Virus record (IMG/VR): IMGVR_UViG_3300011337_000669
DNA from: a virus
Lineage: Duplodnaviria > Caudoviricetes
Length of the DNA stretch: 64,000 nucleotides
Direction: 5' to 3' (one strand)
The position numbers were made by a program, and so were the translations under genes. Below are positions 27,037 through 36,431 of the stretch, in pieces. Position 1 is the first letter of the stretch; every line of letters starts with the position of its first letter. The notes beneath the pieces are model-generated. The model had not been told where the DNA came from and made no database searches. It worked only from the letters and a program-made list of their open reading frames with translations.

Positions 27037-28149
27037 TTATTTCTCCAAAACGTACTTCATCATCTCTTGCATCTTGATAATCATAAGTTCCATTTCGTCC
27101 TTACTAAGATACAACCTACCGTTTAATGTTTTATCATCCAACTCCCTGACTTCAACTATGATACCATCAAACATCTCAGTTGGATAAATTTCAACATTCT
27201 GTTCTTCAGTTGCAATAACTGTTTTGTTCCAAACTTTATTTTTCATAACTTATTTCTTTTTGAATTGTTCAAACCATTGTTCTAATGTCATCTTCTTTCC
27301 TGCTAACAAATCTTCTGTATGCTTATAAAGTATATTTAATACTTCTTCCTCACTATACATTCTTTCTTCTTTAGGTTTTTCTTTTGGAAGAAACATATAT
27401 GTTTCTTTTGGAATGATTATTTTGTAACCAAACTTTTCAAACCCGTATGAATTAACAGAAATTTCAGAGCCATATTCATTTAATGCAACCAATTCCACTT
27501 CAACTTCCTCACAACTTGAGTTCTTAACAAACCATTGTAAAAACTCATCATCAATAGCTTGAACACCATATTTGATTAAGTCTCGGTCTGTTGTTAGGAC
27601 TACTGGGTTAGAAGCACTTTCTAAATCTTTAGACATCAAATATGACACTTGAACTAATCTACCATATTTAGTGATAACATAATCACTATCGTTAATATCT
27701 TCATCAGAAGTGATGTAGATATTTACTTCATCATCACAAACTGAATTTTTATACTCACTTGTAATCGTCAAATTATCTTCAATTAAATGCAGCCTACTTG
27801 GTTTATCTGTTGGTAATATGTGAATGTTTTTCATGGCTTTTACAGTTTAAGTTCCTTTCTTATTACTCCACTAATGTCCGAAAAAGATTTTAGAATTCCA
27901 AGAGGTTTATCAATTATTTATCTTTTGAAGCCAGGACAGGACTCGAACCTGTAATTATTACTTACGGAAAATATCCCATTTATTTAATAAAGTTTGAGGA
28001 GTCCAATTATATTTCCTATTTTCAACTAACATCTTTGCGACATTTTCATATAATTCGTGGTATAATTGTTTATAATCAATATCACTAACATCAGCCATAT
28101 CCAATTTGGGTGTCTCTGCTTTATTAAAATCCTTTTCTTCTTTTTTCAT
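27037..28149 (-). CDS. Three small hypothetical genes (27037-27246, 27250-27834, 27958-28149)
   Basis: ORF track; co-oriented with the tRNA island. Confidence 0.55.
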
Positions 28150-28504
28150 TTAATCTTAATTTTAATTGTAGTCAGGACAGGAATCGAACCTGTAAATTAT
28201 TAAGTGTTTCATTCTATAAATCTCTCTCACCATTACGTTTAGAGTAAGTTTTTAATTCATTATAGAGAACTACACAGGTTTTAACGTTTGCCATTCCGCC
28301 ACCTGACTAAATGTTTTTAGTTACTTTATCAACACTTCTCCAAGAACCACCTCGGCCAATTTATATCAATTTCACTTAGGTTACGTCATGATTCTACTGG
28401 TTAGGCGTCCTCAATCTAAACCTGTTTGTAGTCAGGGCCGGACTCGAACCGGATAAACAACCATTTCTGGATTCGGGAACCAATCCCTCATTACGTCCAC
28501 CTGA

Positions 28505-28717
28505 CTATTTTAATATTTCATTTTTTCTACCACTAACAGTTTCAACTAACCAAGCAGTCTCAATTAACTCTAAATAAGATATTGGTTTTCCTCTATCAGT
28601 ATCACAAATAACTTTTTGTCTTTGTTCACAGTAATATCCTTCGGAAGTTAATCGAAATTCCTCACCATCAGACATTCTAACCAAATCACCTTTTCTCCAA
28701 GCACTTAACACATTCAT
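28505..28717 (-). CDS. Hypothetical protein between tRNA-like elements
   Basis: 70-aa ORF; a further 44-aa ORF (28831-28965, MKWIIRQF...CQICGRWWKL) fills the next gap. Confidence 0.5.
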   Translation of the reverse strand: MNVLSAWRKGDLVRMSDGEEFRLTSEGYYCEQRQKVICDTDRGKPISYLELIETAWLVETVSGRKNEILK

Positions 28718-29099
28718 ATTTTTTATTTAAGTTGTTTGTAGCCAGGACAGGACTCGAACCTGTAACTTTTGTCTTTTGGTTCCGAAAATCGGATTACTCA
28801 CCAACACGCTACCCTTGCGTCACCTGACTATTATAATTTCCACCACCTACCACATATTTGACATTCTTGTGGTCCGTAAGCTTTATGCATTTTATGTTTA
28901 TCTAAAACAAAGTCATGTACAAATAAACACCGTACGTTTCCAAATTGTCTAATAATCCATTTCATATATTTTTCATTTGTAGTCAGGGCCGGACTCGAAC
29001 CGGATAAACAACCTTTTCAGGACTCAGGAACCAATCCCTCATTACGTCCACCTGACTGTGTTGATACAAATATGGTAAACTATTTTCGATATGCCAAAT

Positions 29100-29861
29100 T
29101 TATTTTTTTCTCGTTTTAGAATTCCTATTATTACCAACTCCAGCACATGTTCTCGAACAATATACATTTTCTTCTTGACATGATTTTCCACATACTCTAC
29201 ACTCGTTCGTTAACTTTTTATGCGGGTTTTCTTCATACAAACGTATAAAATCTTTTCCATATTTACCTTCAACATACTCAAACTCTTTTTTCAAATTTTC
29301 CTTGTATATTACTTGCAGGTTTGAGACGGATTTTAATTTTGTTCGTATGTGTTCATCCGTATACCCTTTAATTTCAATCAACTCACCATTTATAATAAAA
29401 TCCGGAACATACTTTCTTTTTTTGCCTTCCCAAACATATTCAAATTCCTGAGTGTTTCTAACAAAAGAGTTCCCATGTTCAATGTTGAAGATGACCCAAG
29501 CCAGTTCATAACTACTATCACACCAATAACCTTTATACCACCCACCCTTACCGACACCAGAACCTTTACGATATCCACCCGAACATTTCGTCCAACATTC
29601 TGCATGATATTTTTTCGGTTTCCATTTTGTGTGGATTATTTCATTACCACAAAATAAACAAATGGATTTAACTAAACTTTCTTCACCTGATGTTTTTCCC
29701 TTGTTCCAAGGGATCTGACCCAAATTCGAATTTCTTTTCTTTTCATTAGTTTTCTCACTGAAAACTCTACTATTCCTACACTGTATGGTACAATAGTTAA
29801 TCAACCCTTTAGTGGGGGTAAACTCAACACCACATTTCTTACAATTAGACATACAATCCAT
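29100..29861 (-). CDS. Putative homing endonuclease, PD-(D/E)xK type with Zn fingers
   Basis: CxxC clusters at both ends; WCDSSYELAW...YVPDF.I...LIEIKGY. Confidence 0.7.
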   Translation of the reverse strand: MDCMSNCKKCGVEFTPTKGLINYCTIQCRNSRVFSEKTNEKKRNSNLGQIPWNKGKTSGEESLVKSICLFCGNEIIHTKWKPKKYHAECWTKCSGGYRKGSGVGKGGWYKGYWCDSSYELAWVIFNIEHGNSFVRNTQEFEYVWEGKKRKYVPDFIINGELIEIKGYTDEHIRTKLKSVSNLQVIYKENLKKEFEYVEGKYGKDFIRLYEENPHKKLTNECRVCGKSCQEENVYCSRTCAGVGNNRNSKTRKK

Positions 29862-29913
29862 TTAATTATAAATATCAAGTCGAACCCGAAAAGTAATCGT
29901 GATTACTAAAAAG

Positions 29914-29985
29914 TATTGCTATGGGGATTCGAACCCCAGACTCCTCATAGAAAGTGAGACGTGATAACCCCTTCACTATAGCAAC
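29914..29985 (-). tRNA. tRNA-Glu(TTC)
   Basis: Loop CTTTCTA, T arm TGGGG-TTCGAAT-CCCCA. Confidence 0.9.
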
Positions 29986-30035
29986 ATTTCAAGGACAAAG
30001 ATACTACAATATTTCAAAGAACAAAAATAAGTCAT

Positions 30036-30246
30036 AAAAAAACCCCAAACTTTTTTTAAGAGTTCGGGGTTTGAAAAATTAGTTTTTACAAGTAAAAAAA
30101 ATTTCTATCTTATGACATCCGAACTACAGGGCAAATAGGTTCATAACAACAATTTTCTTGTTGATTATTACTGATGATATTATGACTTGTAGTTCTCATT
30201 GTTCTATAATTACTTCAAATGTATGAAATGTTTTTATTTTGTCAAA
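30036..30246 (-). promoter_or_regulatory. Promoter, 29-aa leader peptide and attenuator-like terminator
   Basis: TTTG (30243-30246), 19 nt, TACATTTG (30216-30223); leader ORF 30110-30199 MRTTSHNIISNNQQENCCYEPICPVVRMS; terminator AAACCCCGAAC..GTTTGGGGTTTTTTT. Confidence 0.7.
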
Positions 30247-30258
30247 TGTTTTTTTTCG

Positions 30259-30330
30259 TAGCCCCACCAAGACTCGAACTTGGAACATCTGCTTAGAAGG
30301 CAGAAGTTATATCCCTTTAACTATGGAGCC
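30259..30330 (-). tRNA. tRNA-Arg(TCT)
   Basis: Loop CTTCTAA. Confidence 0.9.
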
Positions 30331-30343
30331 ATAATCTATTGAA

Positions 30344-30508
30344 TTACTTCAATAAATCAATCTTTTTTGCAACTTCTTCGGCTTCCGCCATAAGTTTGTC
30401 CGCTTGTGCTCTGTTGGAATGAGAAGCCTTATACGCGTCTTCCATCAACTTTTTGTAAGTTTCCTGTAACTTTTCCTTCTCAGTCTTCTTCTTGAATATT
30501 CCGAACAT
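30344..30508 (-). CDS. Lacal_2735-family small protein
   Basis: Manual translation MFGIFKKKTEKEKLQETYKKLMEDAYKASHSNRAQADKLMAEAEEVAKKIDLLK; matches my recollection of this Bacteroidota family. Confidence 0.7.
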   Translation of the reverse strand: MFGIFKKKTEKEKLQETYKKLMEDAYKASHSNRAQADKLMAEAEEVAKKIDLLK

Positions 30509-30551
30509 AATTTAGAATTAACACTATCGTCTTTGAAAGTTTATTTAACGT

Positions 30552-30797
30552 TTATGCCTTTCGGCTAGATAATTTACTTTCAAGTTTATCAAGACGTGAA
30601 TCTATTGTTCGATAAATGTCGTCAACAATTCTATCACGATCTCTCAGTTGATTTTCAATCTCCCTTGCGAGATATTGTTCAATCATTTCAATCTCCTTTT
30701 TTTGTTTATTCACCCTAACAAAAGCTATAACCGCAACCACAGCAACCGCAATGACCACAACTATAGACATTCCTAAAATAAATGATATTAAATCCAT
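30552..30797 (-). CDS. Small single-pass membrane protein
   Basis: N-terminal hydrophobic helix then coiled coil. Confidence 0.55.
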   Translation of the reverse strand: MDLISFILGMSIVVVIAVAVVAVIAFVRVNKQKKEIEMIEQYLAREIENQLRDRDRIVDDIYRTIDSRLDKLESKLSSRKA

Positions 30798-30833
30798 ATG
30801 ATTTTCTCCTTTATTTCAAAGAACGATAGTGTC

Positions 30834-30919
30834 TGGTATCAGAGATGGGAGTCGAACCCACACGAGCTTTCGCCCAGCAAATTTTAAGTCTGCCATGTAT
30901 ACCATTTCATCACTCTGAC
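30834..30919 (-). tRNA. tRNA-Leu(TAA)
   Basis: Loop CTTAAAA, variable arm GGGC-GAAA-GCTC, encoded CCA. Confidence 0.92.
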
Positions 30920-30945
30920 ATTATTTAACAAATATAGTGAAAGTT

Positions 30946-31596
30946 TTAGATACTTTCAACCCGATTTTTCATTATCTCACAGTATTTCTCATCCACCTCG
31001 TAACTGATAGAATCAAACCCCAACTCTTTTGCAACTTTACTGGTGGTACCACTACCACCGAAAACGTCGATGATTGTTTGGTTCGGTTCCGCAGTTGTTA
31101 AGATAATTCTTCTGATAACTTCCTCAGGGATTTGACAAGGGTGTTCGGTCTTTTCCTTACTCACATTCTTTACCTGATTGATTTCCCACCAATCATAAAG
31201 TTTTGCTCCCGTCTTTCCTTCGGCAATTCGTTGTTGAATCCTTTTATCTTTGAGATTTTTGTATGGTTGTCTAACCTTTCTAAAATCAGGTTTGCATCCC
31301 CACCATGAAATTAAACGACTTTGTTTCCCTGTGTTTGAATTATACACCCAACAAACAACCTGTTCACACTTGGCGTTTATTGCCTTTGGTAACAAGTTGA
31401 TTGTTTCTTCAGGGTAATGAATGATTACACAAGGGGTGGGTATTTTGGATAATAGTTCAATATAATCCTCTTCACTTAACTTGTCTTTGTATTCGTTGTA
31501 CGAATATTCTTGATTATAAGGTGGGTCTGTAATTGTTAATCCTTTCGGTATGACGCAGTTTCTGAAGTCGTCATTGATAATTGTTGTTTCCACCAT
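30946..31596 (-). CDS. DNA methyltransferase (N6-A/N4-C, beta class)
   Basis: ITDPPYN (motif IV) before EHPCQIP and IDVFGGSGTT (motif I). Confidence 0.9.
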   Translation of the reverse strand: MVETTIINDDFRNCVIPKGLTITDPPYNQEYSYNEYKDKLSEEDYIELLSKIPTPCVIIHYPEETINLLPKAINAKCEQVVCWVYNSNTGKQSRLISWWGCKPDFRKVRQPYKNLKDKRIQQRIAEGKTGAKLYDWWEINQVKNVSKEKTEHPCQIPEEVIRRIILTTAEPNQTIIDVFGGSGTTSKVAKELGFDSISYEVDEKYCEIMKNRVESI

Positions 31597-31613
31597 AAAA
31601 TTAGTTAATCACC

Positions 31614-32312
31614 TTAAAATTCTTCTTCCCATATTGTATTGGTTTCATCCAACATGGTATTGTATGTGTGTTGTAATATAACTGTTTTTTCATTAAAATC
31701 AAACTGGAATTCTCCTTGAGATCCTTCATTAATTTCCCAACCTCCGAAGTTATCACTCAATTGTTGATAACACCATTCTTCTACTGCTCCTGGTGATGGC
31801 TCTCCATTATCAAAATCCGATTCGATGTATCCACTATCCCCACCTCCATTATACTTCAAGGTCAAATAACCATCTTCAGGAATTGAGACATCATCGAAAA
31901 CACCTTTTTCTTCCCACTCTTCAATCATATCATCGTATTCGATCCCCATTGAATCTCCCTCAGTGAAATAACTATAGATGTGAGTTAAGGATATTTCTCT
32001 TTTAACTCCGTCGATTGTAATCTCGAATCGTTGATAATCGATGTCACCATCATTAGGTAAGTTACTGTATAAATCGGAGTCATCAACATAGTCGATAATT
32101 TTTTTCAATATTGGGACAAGTCCGTCTGGAATTTCTGCAGTATAATTATTGTCAAAGTGGGTTGGAAAATCATTTGGATTGTATGAAATTTCTTCGTCGT
32201 CCGTATCCATTTCAAAATTAATTTCTCCATACTTCATTCCCAATGAACTGAGATATCTTGAAACTTTCCCTAAATATTTTTTTTCTTCTGGTGTTAAAAT
32301 TTTTTCTGCCAT
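31614..32312 (-). CDS. Hypothetical protein, DUF6878-like C-terminal domain
   Basis: YNGGGDSGYIE...GWEINEGSQGEF pattern; next to a DUF6915-like gene. Confidence 0.55.
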   Translation of the reverse strand: MAEKILTPEEKKYLGKVSRYLSSLGMKYGEINFEMDTDDEEISYNPNDFPTHFDNNYTAEIPDGLVPILKKIIDYVDDSDLYSNLPNDGDIDYQRFEITIDGVKREISLTHIYSYFTEGDSMGIEYDDMIEEWEEKGVFDDVSIPEDGYLTLKYNGGGDSGYIESDFDNGEPSPGAVEEWCYQQLSDNFGGWEINEGSQGEFQFDFNEKTVILQHTYNTMLDETNTIWEEEF

Positions 32313-32323
32313 ACAAATAAATA

Positions 32324-32677
32324 TCAGTCTTCGAATTCTAATTTAATTGTCTTCAACATCCACTGTGGTCTTTGATTGGACATCATGTTGTTAACCCATT
32401 CTTTTGCCGATGGAATATAGTTATTACAATCCTCTTTTATATGCTGTTCTCCAACATAACGGGTGTACACCGTTTTTCCATCTGAGTTTTTGAATTCAGT
32501 TCCAAACCTTTTCTCCATTTCAAATATTCCTTCACTATGATGTCTCCACATTCTATGTAAAGAATCACCAAACCAAGATTTGGTCTCATCCAACCATTCG
32601 TGTAAGTGGATATAATCTTCAGGTTTTCCACCAAATTTTTTGGCAGATGATTTCGCGTGTAAGTTTGGATGTGCCAT
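32324..32677 (-). CDS. DUF6915-like protein
   Basis: MAHPNLHAKSSAKKFGG...HEWLDETK...HRMWRHHSEG...GEQHIKED. Confidence 0.7.
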   Translation of the reverse strand: MAHPNLHAKSSAKKFGGKPEDYIHLHEWLDETKSWFGDSLHRMWRHHSEGIFEMEKRFGTEFKNSDGKTVYTRYVGEQHIKEDCNNYIPSAKEWVNNMMSNQRPQWMLKTIKLEFED

Positions 32678-32811
32678 TAGATTTTATTTGTGAAAAAAAA
32701 ATTGTAACGTCTGTACGGTTTGTTTCCCATCCACACTTTTATTGTGTATCGAAAGTTTCCATTTCATACTTAGCGTCCGTTCCGTCATTCTTACGAATCG
32801 TTACAATTATG

Positions 32812-32893
32812 CAGAGGAGACAGGACTCGAACCTGCAAAGCTTTTACACCCGACGCTTTTCAAGAGCGCTCGACAACCACTGTCCACTCCTCT
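32812..32893 (-). tRNA. tRNA-Ser(TGA)
   Basis: Loop CTTGAAA, long variable arm, G73. Confidence 0.88.
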
Positions 32894-32996
32894 AAATAGG
32901 AATGGGCATTTGCAACTACCCATCCCCTTCAAATGACTTACCCTGGGACGCTGTTCTTATGGGTAGCGTGGTAAGTACTGTTGATTAATTCAAAAA

Positions 32997-33068
32997 AGCC
33001 CCCGTCCGGAATCGAACCGAATTATCATGATTACAAGTCATGCGCATCGCCAGCAATGCTTAAGGGGC
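32997..33068 (-). tRNA. tRNA-Thr(TGT)
   Basis: Loop CTTGTAA, stem CATGA/TCATG. Confidence 0.88.
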
Positions 33069-33085
33069 ATATAATTAAATATCTG

Positions 33086-33157
33086 TGGACCCGGGGAATC
33101 ATGATATCCCGACCTTCGCTTTATGAGAGCGCTGCTCTTCCTCTGAGCTACGGGTCC
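33086..33157 (-). tRNA. tRNA-CAT (Ile2 or Met) with atypical T loop
   Basis: GGACCCG/CGGGTCC, loop CTCATAA; T loop reads ATCATG-like instead of TTCRA. Confidence 0.75.
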
Positions 33158-33310
33158 ATATTATCTTCGTTTTCAATGATAATATTCTTTATCGTAAAAA
33201 TCAACGATGTACTTACATCAAATCAACATGACAAAGGTAATAAAATTTTTCATTCACAACAACTTTCGTTTCTAAAAAAAATAAATTACTTTTGTTGAAA
33301 TATTTGATAA

Positions 33311-33796
33311 ATGAGTACAGTATTGGTTTTGAATTCTGACTACACTCCCCTGAACGTAACAAGTGTTCAGAGAGGATTCGTGTTGGTCACCAAAGGAAAG
33401 GCGGAAGTGTTAAGGTCGGATGAGAATCCGATTGTGACAGGTTACAAGACGTTTATACGACCCGTTATCATACGCCTATTAAAATATATCAGACATAGAA
33501 CAAGACTCAACAAACCCAACCGTAGTCGCATTTATAAAAGGGACGGATATGAGTGTGTTTATTGTGGGTCGAAAAAAAATCTAACCTTAGACCACGTTAT
33601 TCCCAAATCAAGAGGTGGTTCAAATGAATGGACAAACTTGGTTACCTGTTGTTCAAAGTGTAATCGAGATAAGGACAACAAAACTCCTGATGAGGCAAAA
33701 ATGCCAATGAAAAGACCGGCATTCGAGCCACCAATAATGTATGATGATGTGGCATTATTAAATGTTTGGACAGATTTCCAAAAATCTTTTGTATAA
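33311..33796 (+). CDS. HNH endonuclease (McrA-like)
   Basis: VLVLNSDYTPL N-domain; RDGYECVYCG...LTLDHVIPKSRGG..W.NLVTCCSKCN..K. Confidence 0.9.
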   Translation: MSTVLVLNSDYTPLNVTSVQRGFVLVTKGKAEVLRSDENPIVTGYKTFIRPVIIRLLKYIRHRTRLNKPNRSRIYKRDGYECVYCGSKKNLTLDHVIPKSRGGSNEWTNLVTCCSKCNRDKDNKTPDEAKMPMKRPAFEPPIMYDDVALLNVWTDFQKSFV

Positions 33797-33835
33797 AATA
33801 AAAATTGTATTAACTTTGTAAAAAATAAATCAGAT

Positions 33836-34507
33836 ATGAACATCGGACAAGAATTTCAAAACTATTACGTAAATCACTTGGGTAAAGGGTCATTGGACCT
33901 TTACAACTTCTCAAATCAAATTCAATCATCAATGACTCCATATATTCTTGAAGAAAGAGAAATGAGAGTAACTCAAATGGATATTTTCTCAAGATTACTT
34001 CGTGATCGTATATTATGGGCAGCAGGTCCCGTAGACGATAGAATGTCCACAGTTGTCCAAGCACAACTCATGTTTCTTGATAATACTGATAAATCAGATA
34101 TCACAATTCATTTGGATAGTGGTGGTGGAAGCATAAAATCGGGATTAAGTATGATTGATGTTATGAATTATATCAAATGTGATGTTAGAACAATTAATGT
34201 TGGTATGTGCGCATCTATGGGGGCAGTATTACTAGGAGCAGGAACAAAGGGGAAGAGAAGTTCTCTCAAATTTTCGAGAACTATGATACATCAGTCATCA
34301 TCAGGGTTTCAAGGAACTTACGCAGACGCAAAGGTAAATTTCGAAGAATGGACTAAAATTAACGATACAATCTTCAATTTGTTGGGAGAATATTGTGGAA
34401 AGTCGTCAGACCAAATAAAAATTGATGCCGACAGAGATTTATGGTTCTCATCACAGGAAACTCTAGATTACGGATTAATTGATGAAATTGTGACAAAAAG
34501 AAAATAA
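33836..34507 (+). CDS. clpP: ClpP protease proteolytic subunit
   Basis: DIFSRLLRDRI, DSGGGSI, GMCASMGAVLL (Ser), MIHQ (His), DRDLWF (Asp). Confidence 0.95.
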   Translation: MNIGQEFQNYYVNHLGKGSLDLYNFSNQIQSSMTPYILEEREMRVTQMDIFSRLLRDRILWAAGPVDDRMSTVVQAQLMFLDNTDKSDITIHLDSGGGSIKSGLSMIDVMNYIKCDVRTINVGMCASMGAVLLGAGTKGKRSSLKFSRTMIHQSSSGFQGTYADAKVNFEEWTKINDTIFNLLGEYCGKSSDQIKIDADRDLWFSSQETLDYGLIDEIVTKRK

Positions 34508-34545
34508 TTTTTTTACTAAACTAATGTTGGATATATTTATAGTAT

Positions 34546-35247
34546 ATGGGATATATTTATTTGTTGGTCGACACTAGAAATGGTAAAAAATATGTTGGTA
34601 AACATAACGGTAATAACAAAAATTATTGGTCATCAGGCATTTTACCGAATAGAATCGCCGAAAAATACGGTCGATCCGTGTTCACTAAATGTATATTGGA
34701 AGATAATATACCTGAACACTTGTTAAATGAAAAAGAGATTTATTTTATAGATAGAGAAAATTCTTTTACAGATGGATATAATTCAACTAAAGGTGGTGAT
34801 GGGGGAGGAGAATGGATATATCATAAATCTAAAGAAGAAAAAAAGAAAATCTCTGAAAATAAATCGAAGAAACTTTCAGGGAGAACTTTTTCTGATGCCA
34901 CTATTTTGAAAATGAAAGAATCAGGTAAGAAAAAAAAATTGACTGATGAACATAAAAAAAATATATCTATTGCGGTAAAAAAAAGAGGGGGGTTTCCACA
35001 TAGTGAAGAAACTAAAATGAAATTATCAGAGTTGAAGAAGGGAACGAAAAATGATCCTCACTCCAATTTCATGAAAACGAATAATCCGAATTTTTGTAAA
35101 ATTAGTATCAATGGAATTATTTATAAATCAATAAAAGAATATTCTATAATACATAAGATTTATTACAATACTGTAAAAAATAGATTAAATTCTAAAACAA
35201 AAAAATTTGAAGAATGGTTTAGGGTTAAAAACGAAAAAGAGGGGTAA
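34546..35247 (+). CDS. GIY-YIG homing endonuclease with NUMOD3-like repeats
   Basis: GYIYLLVD..NGKKYVGK, YNSTKGGDG, HSEETKMKLSE. Confidence 0.85.
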   Translation: MGYIYLLVDTRNGKKYVGKHNGNNKNYWSSGILPNRIAEKYGRSVFTKCILEDNIPEHLLNEKEIYFIDRENSFTDGYNSTKGGDGGGEWIYHKSKEEKKKISENKSKKLSGRTFSDATILKMKESGKKKKLTDEHKKNISIAVKKRGGFPHSEETKMKLSELKKGTKNDPHSNFMKTNNPNFCKISINGIIYKSIKEYSIIHKIYYNTVKNRLNSKTKKFEEWFRVKNEKEG

Positions 35248-35332
35248 ATAACCCCTCTTTTTTTTTAGACTTAGAACACCCCCTTTACTTTTTGCTCGTC
35301 AGTTTATCACAAAATAATTTTACTTACTTTGG

Positions 35333-36001
35333 CTATTGTGTGAATAATCCTCCATCCACATCAGGTTTCAATTTGTCATAAACTTTCGAAGCCTTTTCAC
35401 TCATTTTATTAAATAAATCACATACTACATCTCTAATCTTTCTTTGTACATTTTCAGAGAAACTTTGGTCTTGTACTGCGTCTGCTAAAGCACTATTTAA
35501 GAATTTGGAATCAATCGCTTCAGTGCCACTTTGTTGAAGAATTCTTTTGTGTATCACATCCGATAACGCGTCTGCGATTAACTTGGATAATTCGTCACAA
35601 CTTCTTAATGCTTGTGCTAACTTTGTTGGGTCGGCAGATAAGGTAGATTTCAAGGACTCTTTGAAATAATCTGCGAGTTGTAATTCCTTCATCAAAGATG
35701 TTACTATCGGGTCAATAATTGTTTGGAAAATCCCCGTAAATCCATCTCCGAAAATCTTACCCAAAAAGTCCTTTAATTGTTCGTTCAATAAATTTGTTTC
35801 TTGTAAATAATTTATTTCAGACACAAGTTTGAACGCAATTTTTTCCTGTTTTAATTTTGATAATGAACCAAAATTTTTAATATTTTCTTCAGATTCAAGA
35901 ATCATAAGAATTCTTTTTTTGACTAAGGTTTTCTCAATCAAAAGTTTTTCTTTCTTTTCTTTAGTTTCTAAGATTGCTTGTTTTACTCTATTCTGTAACA
36001 T
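35333..36001 (-). CDS. Hypothetical late protein
   Basis: Likely start MLQNRVK at 36001; a separate 41-aa ORF (36003-36128) precedes it. Confidence 0.55.
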   Translation of the reverse strand: MLQNRVKQAILETKEKKEKLLIEKTLVKKRILMILESEENIKNFGSLSKLKQEKIAFKLVSEINYLQETNLLNEQLKDFLGKIFGDGFTGIFQTIIDPIVTSLMKELQLADYFKESLKSTLSADPTKLAQALRSCDELSKLIADALSDVIHKRILQQSGTEAIDSKFLNSALADAVQDQSFSENVQRKIRDVVCDLFNKMSEKASKVYDKLKPDVDGGLFTQ

Positions 36002-36161
36002 TTTATTTGGAATTCTTTTGTTCAGAAACATTCTTTTTATTTTCGGTAGAAGTTTTTGACATATCATATTTCATCATCAACTTTACTCTTTCTAATGCTT
36101 CTTCAGGACTGTATTTTGGTTGTACCATTATTCAATAATTTATAATATAAATACCTGTAAT

Positions 36162-36395
36162 TTACCAAATTTGATTTGCGGCTCCTCTTGTAAGACCTGT
36201 TTCCCATTTTTCTCCTGACGCACCCAATCTATTTGCTTTACCTCTTGTTATTGTATATGAATCAGACCATTTTGGGACTTTACCTCCCCCACCTCCTGAA
36301 GGTGCCTCAGCTTCTTGTTCTCCCATTTCATTTTTGGTTTCCGAATTCGAGAGTTTATTAAAAAAATCTATAAGGAAGTCGATGTCTAATATCAT
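36162..36395 (-). CDS. Hypothetical late protein
   Basis: 77-aa ORF. Confidence 0.5.
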   Translation of the reverse strand: MILDIDFLIDFFNKLSNSETKNEMGEQEAEAPSGGGGGKVPKWSDSYTITRGKANRLGASGEKWETGLTRGAANQIW

Positions 36396-36431
36396 GTTAA
36401 TAAATATTTGGGATTGTCAAAAATTTTTTTT

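Larger units (their letters stand above)
24543..29057 (-). repeat. Dispersed family of 12 tRNA-like elements plus one half-element
   Basis: All read AGTCAGG TG..D-like arm..[variable]..(A/C)C(A/C/G)GG TTC(G)A(A/G)T CC(T/G)G CCTG(A/G)CT AC. Copies: 24543-24610 (degenerate), 24677-24793, 24934-25039, 25106-25215, 25836-25975, 26135-26212, 26514-26643, 26750-26882, 27929-27952 (3' half only), 28169-28308, 28429-28506, 28739-28829, 28980-29057. Confidence 0.9.

Noticed and set aside
21880-33298. ORF-track entries overlapping tRNA and ncRNA genes (21959-22144, 23024-23227, 23109-23375, 25317-25571, 32647-32895, 32742-32936, 32981-33298)
   Set aside because: Explained by RNA genes; the N-terminal extension of rfbC to 21998 is likewise tRNA sequence.
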